DNA from: Balanoglossus misakiensis
Taxonomy: Eukaryota; Animalia; Hemichordata
Length of the DNA stretch: 64,000 nucleotides
Assembly: GCA_040954595.2 (NCBI GenBank)
Contig: CM082579.2
Span: forward strand, 5,142,879-5,206,878
Direction: 5' to 3'
The notes beneath the pieces are model-generated. The model worked only from the letters and a program-made list of their open reading frames with translations, was not told the origin of the DNA and did not search any database. The position numbers were made by a program, and so were the translations under genes. Shown here piece after piece: positions 24,501-37,773 of this stretch; the stretch's first letter is position 1, and each line of letters begins with the position of its first letter.

Positions 24501-27500
24501 ATACCCTTGAGTGTACTAACGAGGCACATGCATGTCCCCATTGTCAAGAATCATGTCGGCACCAACCTTGCCAATTAAACTTCCCTAGGGTTCAATCCAC
24601 CCTTTATGGTCAATTTCATTTTGTCCGTAACTTGATATATCTAACAAGGACGTGATAGTTTCTTGTTTAGTTGTCCTTACTTCAGAGAACTCCTAAAAGG
24701 AAAGCTTAAAAGTTTTCAAGGTGTTTATATGTTAAGGATTTGAGTTTTAAAAACTTAGTATGCAATGTCCTTGATTCATCTGACCATCCCCACCCTTTTA
24801 ATCCAATTGTTCCACAAGTTCTACAGGGCCCAATGTTTTTTATCCTGTCCATTGATTCACATCTGATGTCCAATATAAACAGTTTTTAAAAAATTCATGA
24901 GTGTTTTTAACTTTCAGGACTTTCCAAAGAGTTTACCCCGGATTGTACGAAACCTGTTTGTTGAATTATCTCTCGTATTTGTGGGTTGTATCACCACTTG
25001 CCCGCCATTTGGCTGTTTTGTGTGGGATAATTTTTTTACCGAGTCCAGTCTGTGATAACGATAAGATGGGTTCCTCATGTGAAGATCCACTTATGAACTG
25101 ACACTTATGTGTGGCATGCACCAAGAATGTAGTGCCTGTAGTTGTATTACCCAGATGGTCGGTTTATCGGAGAAAAGTTTTGGATCAAACCACCTCTTCA
25201 GATAGGGATGTGATGATAAGCTAGTAAATGACCCTGGAAGAATTCTGAGATTACAGAATCCAATGTCGTGAATATGTTGCAGTGTTAGTGTTTAGCTTGT
25301 GGTTAAGTTGGATATTTTAGGAATAGATATCTTGATTTTAGTACAAGTCCCCCGTGAATGAATAGCTCTAACCCCTACAGATGCAGTTCATTGCCCCAAC
25401 GTAAATAATCCGTCACACTGCCCAGCAGAGGGCCTCATCCCAGTTGCTCACTGACATAATATCACACAGTCCACTGCATCTATCATTGGAAGATGGCAGA
25501 ATAATAATTCCAGTCGATATATTCAAAGCGGCGCCAGGTCACTTGTGAGTGGCTGTCCTGATATTCGATGGATGCGACCGTGCCCACGCCTCGTGCTTAT
25601 TGCCCAGTTTAAATGACCCCAGGGAAAGTTCCATGACTGTTCGAGGATGCTTTCATGAAAGCAGGGCAGTGTAATATATCACTTCACTGCAATGTCCTTC
25701 ATACATCTGGTTTTATTCACACTTGTTTCTTGATTCTCCGCCAGTAGCTGGGTAAGTAATGGCTTTAATTTCTCTGCACCGGTAGCTTTGAAAATTCTCA
25801 GAATATTTCTCAGATGTCCTGTCGGTTTTCCCCCAAGAAGCAGTTAGACCCCACGCCCATCACTGGGTATTGAAACTGTCTTAATCTCAGGGCAGGTATT
25901 AATTTCATACATGTAAATATTGACCATGTATCCAATTCAAACACAAAAGCAAGGCTATTGAATACCCATTCATTTGACTACGCAACGATTGAAGGTTATT
26001 GAAACTTACATCGATATGTAAACTTCGACTCGAATAAATCAGAAATAAGATTCTCTGCATGGATGCTGTTTTGGTAATGTTGAAAGCAGTGGGATGTTGT
26101 GGGATTTGGATGCAGACAGTGTCGTGTGATCTCAGATCAGATCTCAGGAGACTGATGTCAGACTATGCAAGGAGAATTTTTTCAACAGTTATATCACTTG
26201 CATAATATTATATTACAACGTACTGATACTGATAACTGAGGACTTCTCAAGTAGAATATTATTTTACAGCTGTATACATTTTGTAAAACTGGTGTTGACT
26301 GTGACTGCTCTCTTCTGATTGGACGGTGTCGTTTTTCAAACCATAACACAAACTGATGATGTCATCAGACTTGGTGTTTTATTACCACGGTGACAGTTAA
26401 TGAGATATTGTCCAAATGCTAGATTTAGGTGGCTATAATATAACAAATAATTTTGAAAAAATGACAAAATTTGAGATGCTCATAGCAGTGGGATATATGA
26501 TAGCAGTTTGAAGTAGTCCAGCTGTTTGCTTTGAAAGAACCATTTTATGAGCAAGTTGTAAACTTTTAATGATGCTTCAAGCTTTAAAACAAATGGCCTC
26601 GCATAACCTATGACCTCTATAGTGTTCCTCATCTTTAGAATTTTTTTTTACTACAATCACCCGTTTTAAATTCACAAAACGCAGGAGACCATAATCTAAC
26701 ATGAAATACAATAGACCGTAAAAGTGACCTAAATGTCCTATTTATCAGCATTTTATTAAGTAATTGTGTTTTGACGGCCGACATTCTTGCTGTTAATGTT
26801 TTGGCAAATAGTTGAGATGTCTTTTGAGAGGGATTCCATAACTGACCTTCGTTACGCTGTTTTACCTAACAGTTAGGACTGAGATAGATTATTAAATTCT
26901 TTGTAGAAAGTCACAAATTTCACAAATGATTAGCTGTACAGTCCATATACTGTTCATTAAAATTATATTGAACACATTCACATATCTTTCCCTCAGAAAA
27001 TTCATTTTATGATCCCTGCGGGCTGCCAATACATTTTTGACCCAGGGGATAATCATTACAAAAATTATCTTATGTAGTCAGCGATATTGAATATCAGCAG
27101 AGTCGTCTGTCTTGTCAAATGATATTATATCATGTGATGTCGGCCTGTAAGGTCAAGTGGGGTCAGAAACACTGCCTTGAATAATCTCATGACAATAGAT
27201 AAATTATCCAGATCTGGTCACACAGGCTGTGTAATGTTAGTACATGCTCCATTTATTATTGGGACACCGTGAGAGTGAAATAAAAACAGATGATACATCA
27301 CCTTATCAGAATGTCCAAGGGTTCTGTGGTTTACATGTATTGTCACCTATCAGCCCTTATTTTGGAAAATTAGAATTTTGTTGGAGTCAAGAAACTCAGT
27401 GGCACTGTTTAAATACTGTGCTGGGAACCGGTCAGTCACTATAATAGACTCATATATTTGATTGTGTTTATTAAATGACTATCAAAAGATAAAGATGATT

Positions 27501-30500
27501 ACATATACATGCATATACACATATCAACCCCTATAATGTACCGGTAATACTGCCTACCCCCAGCATGTCTCTTAAATTTGACAGTGTCGGCCAACTCAGA
27601 GTCTGTGCCCACACCAGTCAGTCAAATATATCTGTACCAGTACATGTAAACTGTATATGTCTGACTGCATGGACTATGTGGTGACTTTCACAGGTTATAC
27701 CGGTATGCATTAATAGCTACATTGATCAATTGAACTCTGCTTGGGAGTATGGATGATGCCACTAATTTCCCCCTAGGTCAAATATGCCCAGTCCAATACC
27801 TTAAGTAACCCTGCAGAGGTTTGGAAGCAGCTGTGTGCATATAACCTTGTATGTAACCCTACAAAAACCCCAGAGATGCAAACACATGTCCTGCATGATA
27901 TATGTACTGAGGATCAGCTATTTCTGTAACTGAGACTTCGCCGGGGCCAGTGGAAGATAATAAGTCTGCACAGGGATCTGTTATGCAGCTGGAGCAATCC
28001 GATATATCATGCATAAAAGATGAAAACGGCGATTTGGCCAGCACCCAAATCGTCCGGAGATGTTTCATCGTCAGACTAGGGGGCCTCACTGTTGCCGAGA
28101 GACCGGATGATGAGGCAGACATCATGTCATTGCTAGCGCTTGGGGGGAGATGACAGGACGATTCTCTGGAAATCAGGGGATTTTGGTCTCTCTGAAATCA
28201 GCTATGGCGAGCCTGGAAGTAAGTTTATGACCCTGGATAATCACTGAAAAAGGTAATCGCACATTTCCTGCATCGCTTTGACTTAGGATGTGGATGGTTT
28301 GACGTGAGGACAGACACACCCCTTTTTCAGACATGACATCATTTTTTTCACCGGTTATCTTCATAATCTCTATGCTTCATGTAAAGAGCAAGAAGGTGTG
28401 AGAAGTGGACTTTTGCCCTCATAATCAGATTTTATTTCTAGCATAGGCATATGCGCTTAAAATCAATCTCATGTGATGCTTAATATTCTCAAGAGTCTTT
28501 AAAATTGCAACATGTCAGCCACACCCATCGAAATTCACTCTGTAGTGGATTGAAGAGCATATCTGACGGATTCGATGTTAGACTTGAATATTTCCAGACA
28601 GATATATAACCAGGATCTCATCTTCCTAATTACTGTTTGAATGGTCTATTTTTTATATGTAATTAATGCCATGATGAGATTATGATGACAACTATGAAAA
28701 ACAAGTTACAGCTAAAAATAGGACATCTATTAAAGTCTTCCGTTTCTGTCTGTACTTGAAAAACATGCCTCTGATTTTGATTCCCTTGGTGAAAGAATCT
28801 GACGTAAATGGAAATCAGGAGGTGAAACCGCGTGCTATATCCGACACAAAATACGGCCATTTCATTTCCTGTCGTGCTATATTTAAAATAGAAGCAATTA
28901 TTACCAAGTCTGTTTTCAAGTGAATCGGGATACACATGTGTAAATTTGTACTCATCTAATTGCCCTATCCTGTACATACTGCAAAATCCTGTCCTGTACA
29001 TACTGCAAAATATCAACTACAATGTATACAGTCAGTGAAAAAGAGGAATAACCCAAAATGATAAATAATTTTATCTGCATCTATAAATATAATGTGGATA
29101 ATATTTCATTCATTGATTAAATTTGAATCCTGTTTATCTCAGACAGTGTTTCACCATTGAAATCATGTTTGTGTGAAAAGCTCATAAATTAAGGGCCCAC
29201 TTCATACAGCAATTGATTGCTTCTGTGTTCTTATAATAGCAAACGTTTTAAGTCATCCATCAGTCATCAAAAATACAGAATTTGTATTTGAAATATAGCA
29301 ACTGTTTATTTCCTTTGATTTTTTCATATGAAACTGATCTGTCAGTTGCTCCTAGGGAAAGGTTAGTGTTTTACAACAGTAATTGGCAACCTTTAGTTGG
29401 AAAGAAAAACATGCGCTTTGTTTGGTGAGATAAATGTATAGATGGAACAATAGAACTGCAACAGAATCAGCTGCAGCTGCTGTTCGTATAAAGCAAATGT
29501 TATTGATGACTTGAACCTCCCTGCAAACACCCAACCACCCCTCTTTAGAATGGTTCAGTCTAGAACGACACTGGAAATCCATTTTATCATGCCATTAACA
29601 TACACCGGGCCGAAAGTAAAACATGAGGATTAACCGATGTGTGGTGAGTAAGAAACAGTTTTATCGTACACAAATTTCTGCGTTTTGAGTGAAAAAATAA
29701 TGTGATCAGATCTGTTTCCCTGTTCTCTCTGATGTTGGCCTGAAATATCTTATCATTGTTCCATAATATTTTATAAGAATGACATGCAGCCATATTAAAT
29801 TTTCCTTTTTTCCACAACCGATTCAAAATGGAGAATGTACTGTACATTGATACAGCACTATCGGTTACGGTAGTCAATATTTTAGGAAAATCTCCTCAAA
29901 CGAGACTGATACATTAGAGGGGAGAAAAAAATTTAAGCACATTTATTGTAAATACATTTAATGAGAATAGACAGAAATAGAATTGTGTGTGTATACAATT
30001 TCACATCTGTGCATATTTTTTTCAATAATTCGTGTAAAGGTAACCTCAGTTCATCCTAGTCAGTTTGCTAAAAGGTTAAACTAAAACCCAAAATTTGAGC
30101 TGCGAGATCTAAATTGAAGATATTTTCTCACTCTGTCAATCAAACGAATAAATACATTAAGTTCATCAATGTGGCTAATTAATAATTCAATTATATTTGT
30201 AAACGGTTATTCATATTTGGTCTGAAATTTGCATTACAAATATAGCCTGTCCTCATATGCCACACAATCATCACTGATCGTTGCTGAAAAGGATATTTTT
30301 CCTGGAGGAACACGGTTCATGTAGATTTTCTCCAAGGAGATGTTTCTGTGACATTTTTCGTACATGTTTTACTATTTTGTGTAAAAAATGATGAAAATAT
30401 CATGAATTTGGTGTCAGAATTTAATAGTTACCTAGTCCAACTAGGTTTCAGGTTTATAATTAGTGATAATTAGTGAAATCATTAAAAATTGCACGGACTG

Positions 30501-33500
30501 TAATTTTTCAACCTCAGGATTATTTATTGTACGGTTCGAATGTCCATTCATGAATCCATCTTGGTGTACTGTACAATCAATGTGACACCTACTTAACTAT
30601 TCAGCTCACAAATATACTGTCTAGTGTCTACAGGCATACAACAAATATCACAAATAGCTGGCCGAGATAAATTGGTAATAATTTGTGAAACGTGAAATCA
30701 AAATGTATCAGCCAGTTTCATGAAAAAAAAATTCAGTCCCCTCTTTTAATTACTTTTGGTAACAATGAAAGCATTAGGATGGACTCTACAAAAGAAACAA
30801 TGGGGCTTTTCCATTCTCGTAATATCAGAATGAGTGATGATGTTATGGTACATGCCATTTTAGGCCCCCCTGCAATTGTTTCCTTCCCTATTGGTGTCTC
30901 CACAAGTCCTGATGGATGGGGCATTGTCCGAAAGGAAAATTTAAACAATTTAGTTGCCTTCAAGTTGAACGGTAATATTCTCATGTGTACAGTTTTAAAA
31001 TGCAAAATAAAATCCTATTTTTTTATATTTTGGTATATTAATCTAAAAATCGCCCGATGGAAAAGTGGTATCATAGCGATCACATCATAAATCACCTAAA
31101 TGTGATAGTATATGGTGAATTGCCGTTCGATCTCAACAGCTTGTCTGGGGCCATGCGCTTTATGTCAAAGAACCAAAAAACGTGTATTTGAAACGGAGAC
31201 AAGTAAAAAGGCATAACACAAATGCCGTCAATCCTACTTTGGTCCGTATGGAAAAAAATAACGCTTCATTTTCAAGAATGAATGGCAGCTGTACATTCGC
31301 GAATTGCAATCCATTTTTGCATTTCAGTGTATAATTATTCAAGCCAATATACTGCTATCCACAGCAGTTCAATTAGTCCTGAAAATATTACATTACGTAT
31401 TTGCAATAATGCGATTTCCTAATAAGCAAACTAACTTTATTGGGTGCACTTGCAGACAATGTGTTTATTAAAAATTCCTAATTCGTCCTTGTCTACAGAG
31501 ATTAGGTATTTCTTAAGTGCATATCTTATTAAAGGTGTGTGTATTCAGGCCTCCGTTTAGATTAGCCGTCAAACGAATTCCTGAAATTCTGCATCTGTTT
31601 GGGGAGAAATCAATAGTCAATTGATATTTCTCATGGTCGGCCATGTTTCTTCTTGATTGAACTCTGATACTGAAAAATTCACAACAGACGTGTCATAAAA
31701 TTTTGTGCCTAGAATGACAGTTTTATGGGGGTGGATAAAAAAACATGTATCTAGTTATCATTATGTAATGTGATGCGCTTGATATAAATCGTTCATATTC
31801 AAGATGACCTCCACACTTGAATGTTTCTGTACATATAATGATCATTTCTTTTATTATTGCACATTTTTTGTGGTTTAAACAGTGGGGCAGTTTTTGCAGA
31901 TCCATGAAATACAACAGCCAGAAATCCTCAGTGCTCCAAGCAACAGTGGCAGTTTATAAGTCTTCTTAACATGTAACATACAGAAGTCTGAAACCACGAT
32001 ATTCACTCAGCATTTGCTTTCGATTCATTACGCAGCGGATTGGATTAAGACTAAGAGCTGAACTGCCTGCATGGCCCTATTGGCCATTAGGTGACATATA
32101 TTGTGTTGTCATCCTGTTCAGTCAACACTTTAGGTCAAGCGCCCCCTAATGCGATCAGTGACCTGACCCCTGAGGTTACATTGTGGCAGTGGTCGATAAC
32201 AAAGTCAAAGGTCCAGAGATAATGATTCCTCAAACTGGCATTATCTTCATGTTCAGTTCACACTCGGTGAAGTGGATGGGTAATTTTATACCCCATATAT
32301 TTTTGGCATGATAGTGAGATACTGTTTTATGTTTGAGTTGTGATCTGTGTTGCTGTGATGTGCTGCTGGTTTCTTCATCCGTTGGTATTAAAGTCATGTC
32401 CGTGTTCCAAGAAGATGAAACTGCTGTCAGTGTTTTGGGGTGAACATTGGTAATTAATTATGCCAATTGCATTCACCAGTCTGAGTGAAAGTTATTCAAA
32501 ACTAGAATATATCACTACATCATACTATCGATGAAATCTGTGGTCATTAACATATGATTTGAATTCTAATGACTTGAGTTATTCATTAATCCTGCTTCCT
32601 CAGGGGGAGTTGAATTTGATTTTCGCTCTGACTGGAAGGAGTATTGTGGTCATCAGGATTAATTGTGAGATGCCCACATGCCAGTTGTTATGTACAGTGA
32701 GTGTATATTTTTTTTTCATTCTGTCATCTTTGAATTATATTCCAAGGATCCACATTGTGGTGAAATTTTATTGAGAGATATGCCTGTGTACTATGTCTTT
32801 GAGAATTATTATCAGCTCTTGGGTATGATGCTAAATATAGCATTGCCCTACACATCACCTGAGACTGACTAGTCTGAAAGCATGATTGATATTTGAATGC
32901 ATTCACCAGACTTGGTGGCGGCCTTTGGGGCCATTTCCGACTAATTCTGTTGAGATGTCTGTATGGAGGCAGCGGACTTCGCAGATTATTTTTCCACAAA
33001 AGTAGAATGTGGATGCCATGTTGGATTTTAACCTCTTTTCAAAACACACTGACTTCTGTAATAAGTTCATTGTCAAAGCTTTGGAAATCATTGGTTAAAT
33101 GGCTTGGAAACCAGGTTTAAATACCTCAGTGGCCTTTCTTTGAACTTTGGGATATACCCAAGGGATCTTTGGAAAAAAATAATCACCAATCCAAGTAACT
33201 AGCTAATATGCGCTTTAATATTTATATGCCGTGTTTCAGTTGACTAATTAATGTTGAGTATCAGGTGGGGACTCTACGGAAGGCAAATTAAAACTTGCAT
33301 GAATAAATTGATTAGTACATTGTCCATCTGAGATTAAATGCATTTCCTGCCTCTTCAATCTCCTCTTTAGTTGCTGGAATATTTTTATGTCAGCTTGACA
33401 TTAATGGAACAGCTGAGTGATTTATTGATTTTTTAAAAGACGCTTTTTGTAGATGTGACCATGATGACCCTGTGAACTCTGAACCTTAATGTTTTATTAT

Positions 33501-35349
33501 TATATGCATAAAAACTGACCAAGTGAAGAGACTGACCAGTCACAAAACATGTGAAATATATGCCAATAGTCACACCTGCCCTGAAAGTTTACAGTAAACT
33601 AGTCCTATCAGATATTGTCTCTAAAATTAAACCCTCATAATGAAATACCTTCATATTTGTTGAACTTTTCCAATATACTTGTGATTGTCATGTTCCTGAG
33701 AAATTCCAAACCTAGAAGCAAATGTCATTCTTCGTGGGTTACGAATTTCTTTTACTATCTACAGCACAGGGTCACGGAAACGATTGGTTCATAGAAGACA
33801 ATTCTCTCAACAAGTTTAATTGTTTCGGCAGATCTCTCCCTGCCTATCACCATTGTGCTTTATACTGTCAATGAAAACATTCCAAGTGGCTGAAAATCAG
33901 ATCAAGTGTTTATCACGGACAAACATTTGGGCAACACTGCTCAATACGTCAATATTGGAAAGGCAATATTGCCAAAGTCAATGACCCCGTTTGCCTGTGT
34001 TGCATCTTATTTCAGTGTGTAGAGGTGCACATTCTTGGCTTTTGATTAAGTATCAGGTGCACAATTTAATCACTATGACTGTAATCTCATTACTATAATA
34101 CTTAGATAAGTCTTTAATCAGTGCATTTTTGTTTTGTCGTGACTTGTCAAATCCATTGTTTCATATGTCCATATCTCTATATATGACCTTAATTTTAAAT
34201 TGCATATCTATTGATATGTTAGTGTCAGGGTATTGCTATGTGAGTAAATCTCCACAAATTGGATGTGGTCAATTGTTTTGGATGCCTGCTTGATAAGAGA
34301 GGTTTCATTTCATCCTTGCCAGCTAAGTTGAAGAATAGGTAATTAATTAGGCTAGGGGATTAGCAGCTTTAAAAATTCAAACAAACTGACAAGATTAGTT
34401 GTTGACCCAGACAAGCCAATATTTGCTTGGGCCTGGAATAATATCTGCAGAGTACCACAGAGTGCTTGGCTCAGTCACGGTCACTCCTGGTCACTCCTCA
34501 AAGTCAGACCGTGGTCAGTTCAGTGGTGGTCAGTGGAACCTCTGTATGTATTTGGGACCCTGAGATTTGGTCTCACCGCTTCTGGGATTATAGTCAGTTG
34601 GAATAATTTGATTCTGTCGAATTGTGATTTGAAATTCAGTTACCAGTCATGAAGGTATGTGTGTGTTACTCCTCTTAAACTCACTTGTGGCGATATCTCG
34701 TATTGACTTGAGGTCGTGCATAGTGGCACCATCACTCTGTAACTGTCTCAGCGCAGTGAGTGTCTATACATTGAAGAGTCACAGAGTCTGTCGTCTGTGA
34801 CAGGCAACTTGAATTAATGATCTCTTGTGATCCCTTGCTTCAAGATACTTTTCTGAGTTTATTGTTCCACTGGTGACAGACCAGTTGACTTCATGAAGTA
34901 TTTTGAAAAGCTTGGAACAGATTGTCAAGACTTAAAACTTCAATGAGGAACACTAACGGCTGAGTGTGTGCTTGCAAGAAATGAAGTGGACATTCCTATC
35001 AACTTCCCCGGGCAACCCAGTTCAATATATTTTACTCTGAAAACAGTGAAATCAGATTACACACTGTGGACAACTGGTTAAATGTAGGAGTCATGTTTAT
35101 AAAAAAACACTAATTATTTCTTTGTCGAATATGAATGTGGCTTAGGAAATAGATCTACCAATGACTTGACCGGTATCTCGCCAGAATAACCCTGTGCTAT
35201 TGAAATGGAAGACAGAAAATCAACGTGTACATGTATTTGGTTAACCATATGACACTGAGATGCAGAGTTGTTGACAATTGTTTTCTTTCTGATTTCTCTC
35301 CTAGGCCCGTTGGACCTGTTGACAGCGGCAACGTCACCCCGTCCCTTCA

Positions 35350-37773
35350 ATGGCGGCAAGTAACGGAGACAGCCCGGTGGTCAAGCAGATCGACAAGCAG
35401 TTCCTTGTCTGCGGTATATGCTTAGAGCGCTATCGGACTCCCAAGGTGTTGCCCTGCCTTCACACGTTCTGTCAGAAGTGTTTGATGAACTACATACCCC
35501 CGCAGAGCCTATCGCTCGCCTGCCCGCTCTGCCGACAGACCTCTATACTGCCAGAGGAAGGGGTGTCCAGCCTCCAGAACAACTTCTTCATCACAAATCT
35601 TATGGAAGTGCTGGAGAAGCCTGAAAGTAATGGTACACAGGCCGACTCCAAAGCACTCCCTTGCCCCAGTCACGAAGGCGAAGTCTTGAAATACTACTGC
35701 GAGTCTTGCGAGACTGCGGTGTGCCAGGACTGCACGGTCGCCGAGCACAACGAGCACTCGACGGTCTTGCTGAAGGAAGTTGTGCAGGAGCACAAGAGGG
35801 AACTCAAGGCACTGCTGGACGAGGCCCACTCGCGTATACCTCCCCTGACGCACGCGATCGAGCACGTCAATATCGTCAAGGAGAAGTTGGCCGCGAAGAA
35901 GGCCAACGCCGACGCCGATCTCAAGAAGTCGTTTGCGACTTTGGATAAAGTAATCAATGCCAGGAAAGAGACATTGATAGGTCAACTGGAGTCGTATCAC
36001 AGCTTGAAGCAGAAGGTTCTTGACTCCCAGAAGGAGAGGCTGGAGCTTGGACTCTCTAATATCAAGAATAGCTGCGAGTTCACCGACCAGGCGTTGACTC
36101 ACGGCAACGAGACGGAGGTGCTTCTGGTCAAGAAACAGATGGCTGATCGGCTGAGGGAACTCGCCGGGATCACGCTACAGTGCAAGCCGGAGGAGAACGA
36201 CTTCTTGAAGTTCTCCTGCGACCTCAGCAACATGGAGAAGTGCGTTCTGAACACGGGGTCCGTGCAATCCAACAGCGCCGTGCCGTTCGAGACGGTGGCC
36301 AGCGGAGAGGGACTGAAGCGGGCCAAGATCGGAGAGAGTACCATGGTGACGGTCATCACCAAGGACTGCAAGGGGAACCTGGTGAAGACAGGATGCGCTC
36401 TCATCACTGCCCACATCCAGAACCCGGACGGCAACCTGGCGCTGTGCACCATAGTGGACAATAAGAACGGGACGTACGACCTGTCGTACGTCACCGAATA
36501 CGAGGGGGAGCACGCGCTCACCATCAAGCTGTTCGAGGAACACATCCGGGGAAGCCCCTTCAAGGTCAAGGGGATGAAGGAGATCACCTCCCCTACCAGA
36601 CCGGTCAGCTCGAAGATCCCCAAAGCCAACGTGAAGCAGAAGGCCACCAAGAGGCCGCCCAGCACTATCTCGTCCAAGTCTCGGTCAGCAAGGATGAACC
36701 CCATCGAGGACGACCTCCTGCTCAGAATCGGCATGAAGGGTCGCAACAAGGCAGAGTTCATGAATCCCCAAGATGTGGGTTGCAGCCCTACTGGCAAACT
36801 CCTGGTCACGGATAGTGGCAACCAGGTTGTCCAGGTCTTCGTCAACAACTCCGAGTTCAAGGCCAGGTTCGGCATCAGAGGTGTCAACCCCGGGCAGTTG
36901 CGGCGCCCGACCGGTTGCGCCATCATGCCCAACGGCAATTACCTCATAGCCGACTACGACAACAAGGTGGTGCAGATTTTCACTCCGGACGGCAAGTACC
37001 ACTCCAAGCTGGGCGGCGGCCGTCTGCTCGGCCCCAAAGGCGTGGCGGTCGACAGGAACGGTCACATCGTGGTGGTGGACAACAAGAACAGCCAGATCAT
37101 GATCTTCAATCCCAACGGGAAACTGCTGAACCGCTTCGGATCCCGAGGCATGGACGAGAAGCAGCTGTGCGGCCCGCACTTCCTCGCCATCAACTCCAAC
37201 AACGAGATCATCGTGTCCGATTTCCACAACCACTGCATCAAGGTGTTCGACACGGAAGGCCAGTACATCATGAAGTTTGGCTCCAATGGTGAGGGAAATG
37301 GCCAGTTCAATGCGCCCACTGGAGTGGCCGTGGACTCCCTGGATAACATCATTGTAGCTGATTGGGGCAACAGCAGGATACAGGTAAAGTGGTCACTACT
37401 TTGCAGTTACCGTCTTTATTTTGTGCCTCTGTTAAAGTTTTGACGAAAACATTTTGAGCATACAAGCTAAGATTAAATACAATGTCAATCTTCATTTGAA
37501 AGTTGCTTGAATGGCGTGGTTGAATCTGTAGACGAGATAAGCGATGACTTCTGAACCCCTTGACCTGCTGTACGTACTTCCCCAGCTGTCTGTATTATAT
37601 TTCTGTTTCCATTTTCACAGGTGTTCGACAGCAGCGGCTCCTTCCTGTCGTACATCAACACCAACGCTGACCCGCTGTACGGTCCCCAAGGCCTGGCCAT
37701 CACCAGCGACGGCAACATCGCCGTGGCCGACTCCGGAAACTACTGTGTTAAGATCTACAAGTACTTGCAGTAG
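35350..37773 (+). CDS. TRIM2: Tripartite motif protein TRIM2/TRIM3 ortholog (RING, B-box, coiled coil, filamin, NHL repeats), about 728 aa, 2 coding exons
   Basis: Exons 35350-37383 (CAG|GTAAAG) and 37621-37773 (TTTTCACAG|GTG...TAG). [41 protein letters not shown] (filamin), [28 protein letters not shown]|[26 protein letters not shown]...YKYLQ* match vertebrate TRIM2/3 end to end. It is a co-ortholog of both vertebrate genes. Confidence 0.96.

Noticed and set aside
30040-31460. AT-rich segment resembling a non-autonomous DNA transposon (similar impressions at about 39640-41400 and 57290-58080)
   Set aside because: No terminal repeats, target duplications or second copy could be verified by eye; needs a repeat-library search.
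35509-37370. Several long minus-strand and alternative-frame ORFs over TRIM2/3
   Set aside because: Expected by-product of high GC3 codon bias; no recognisable motifs.
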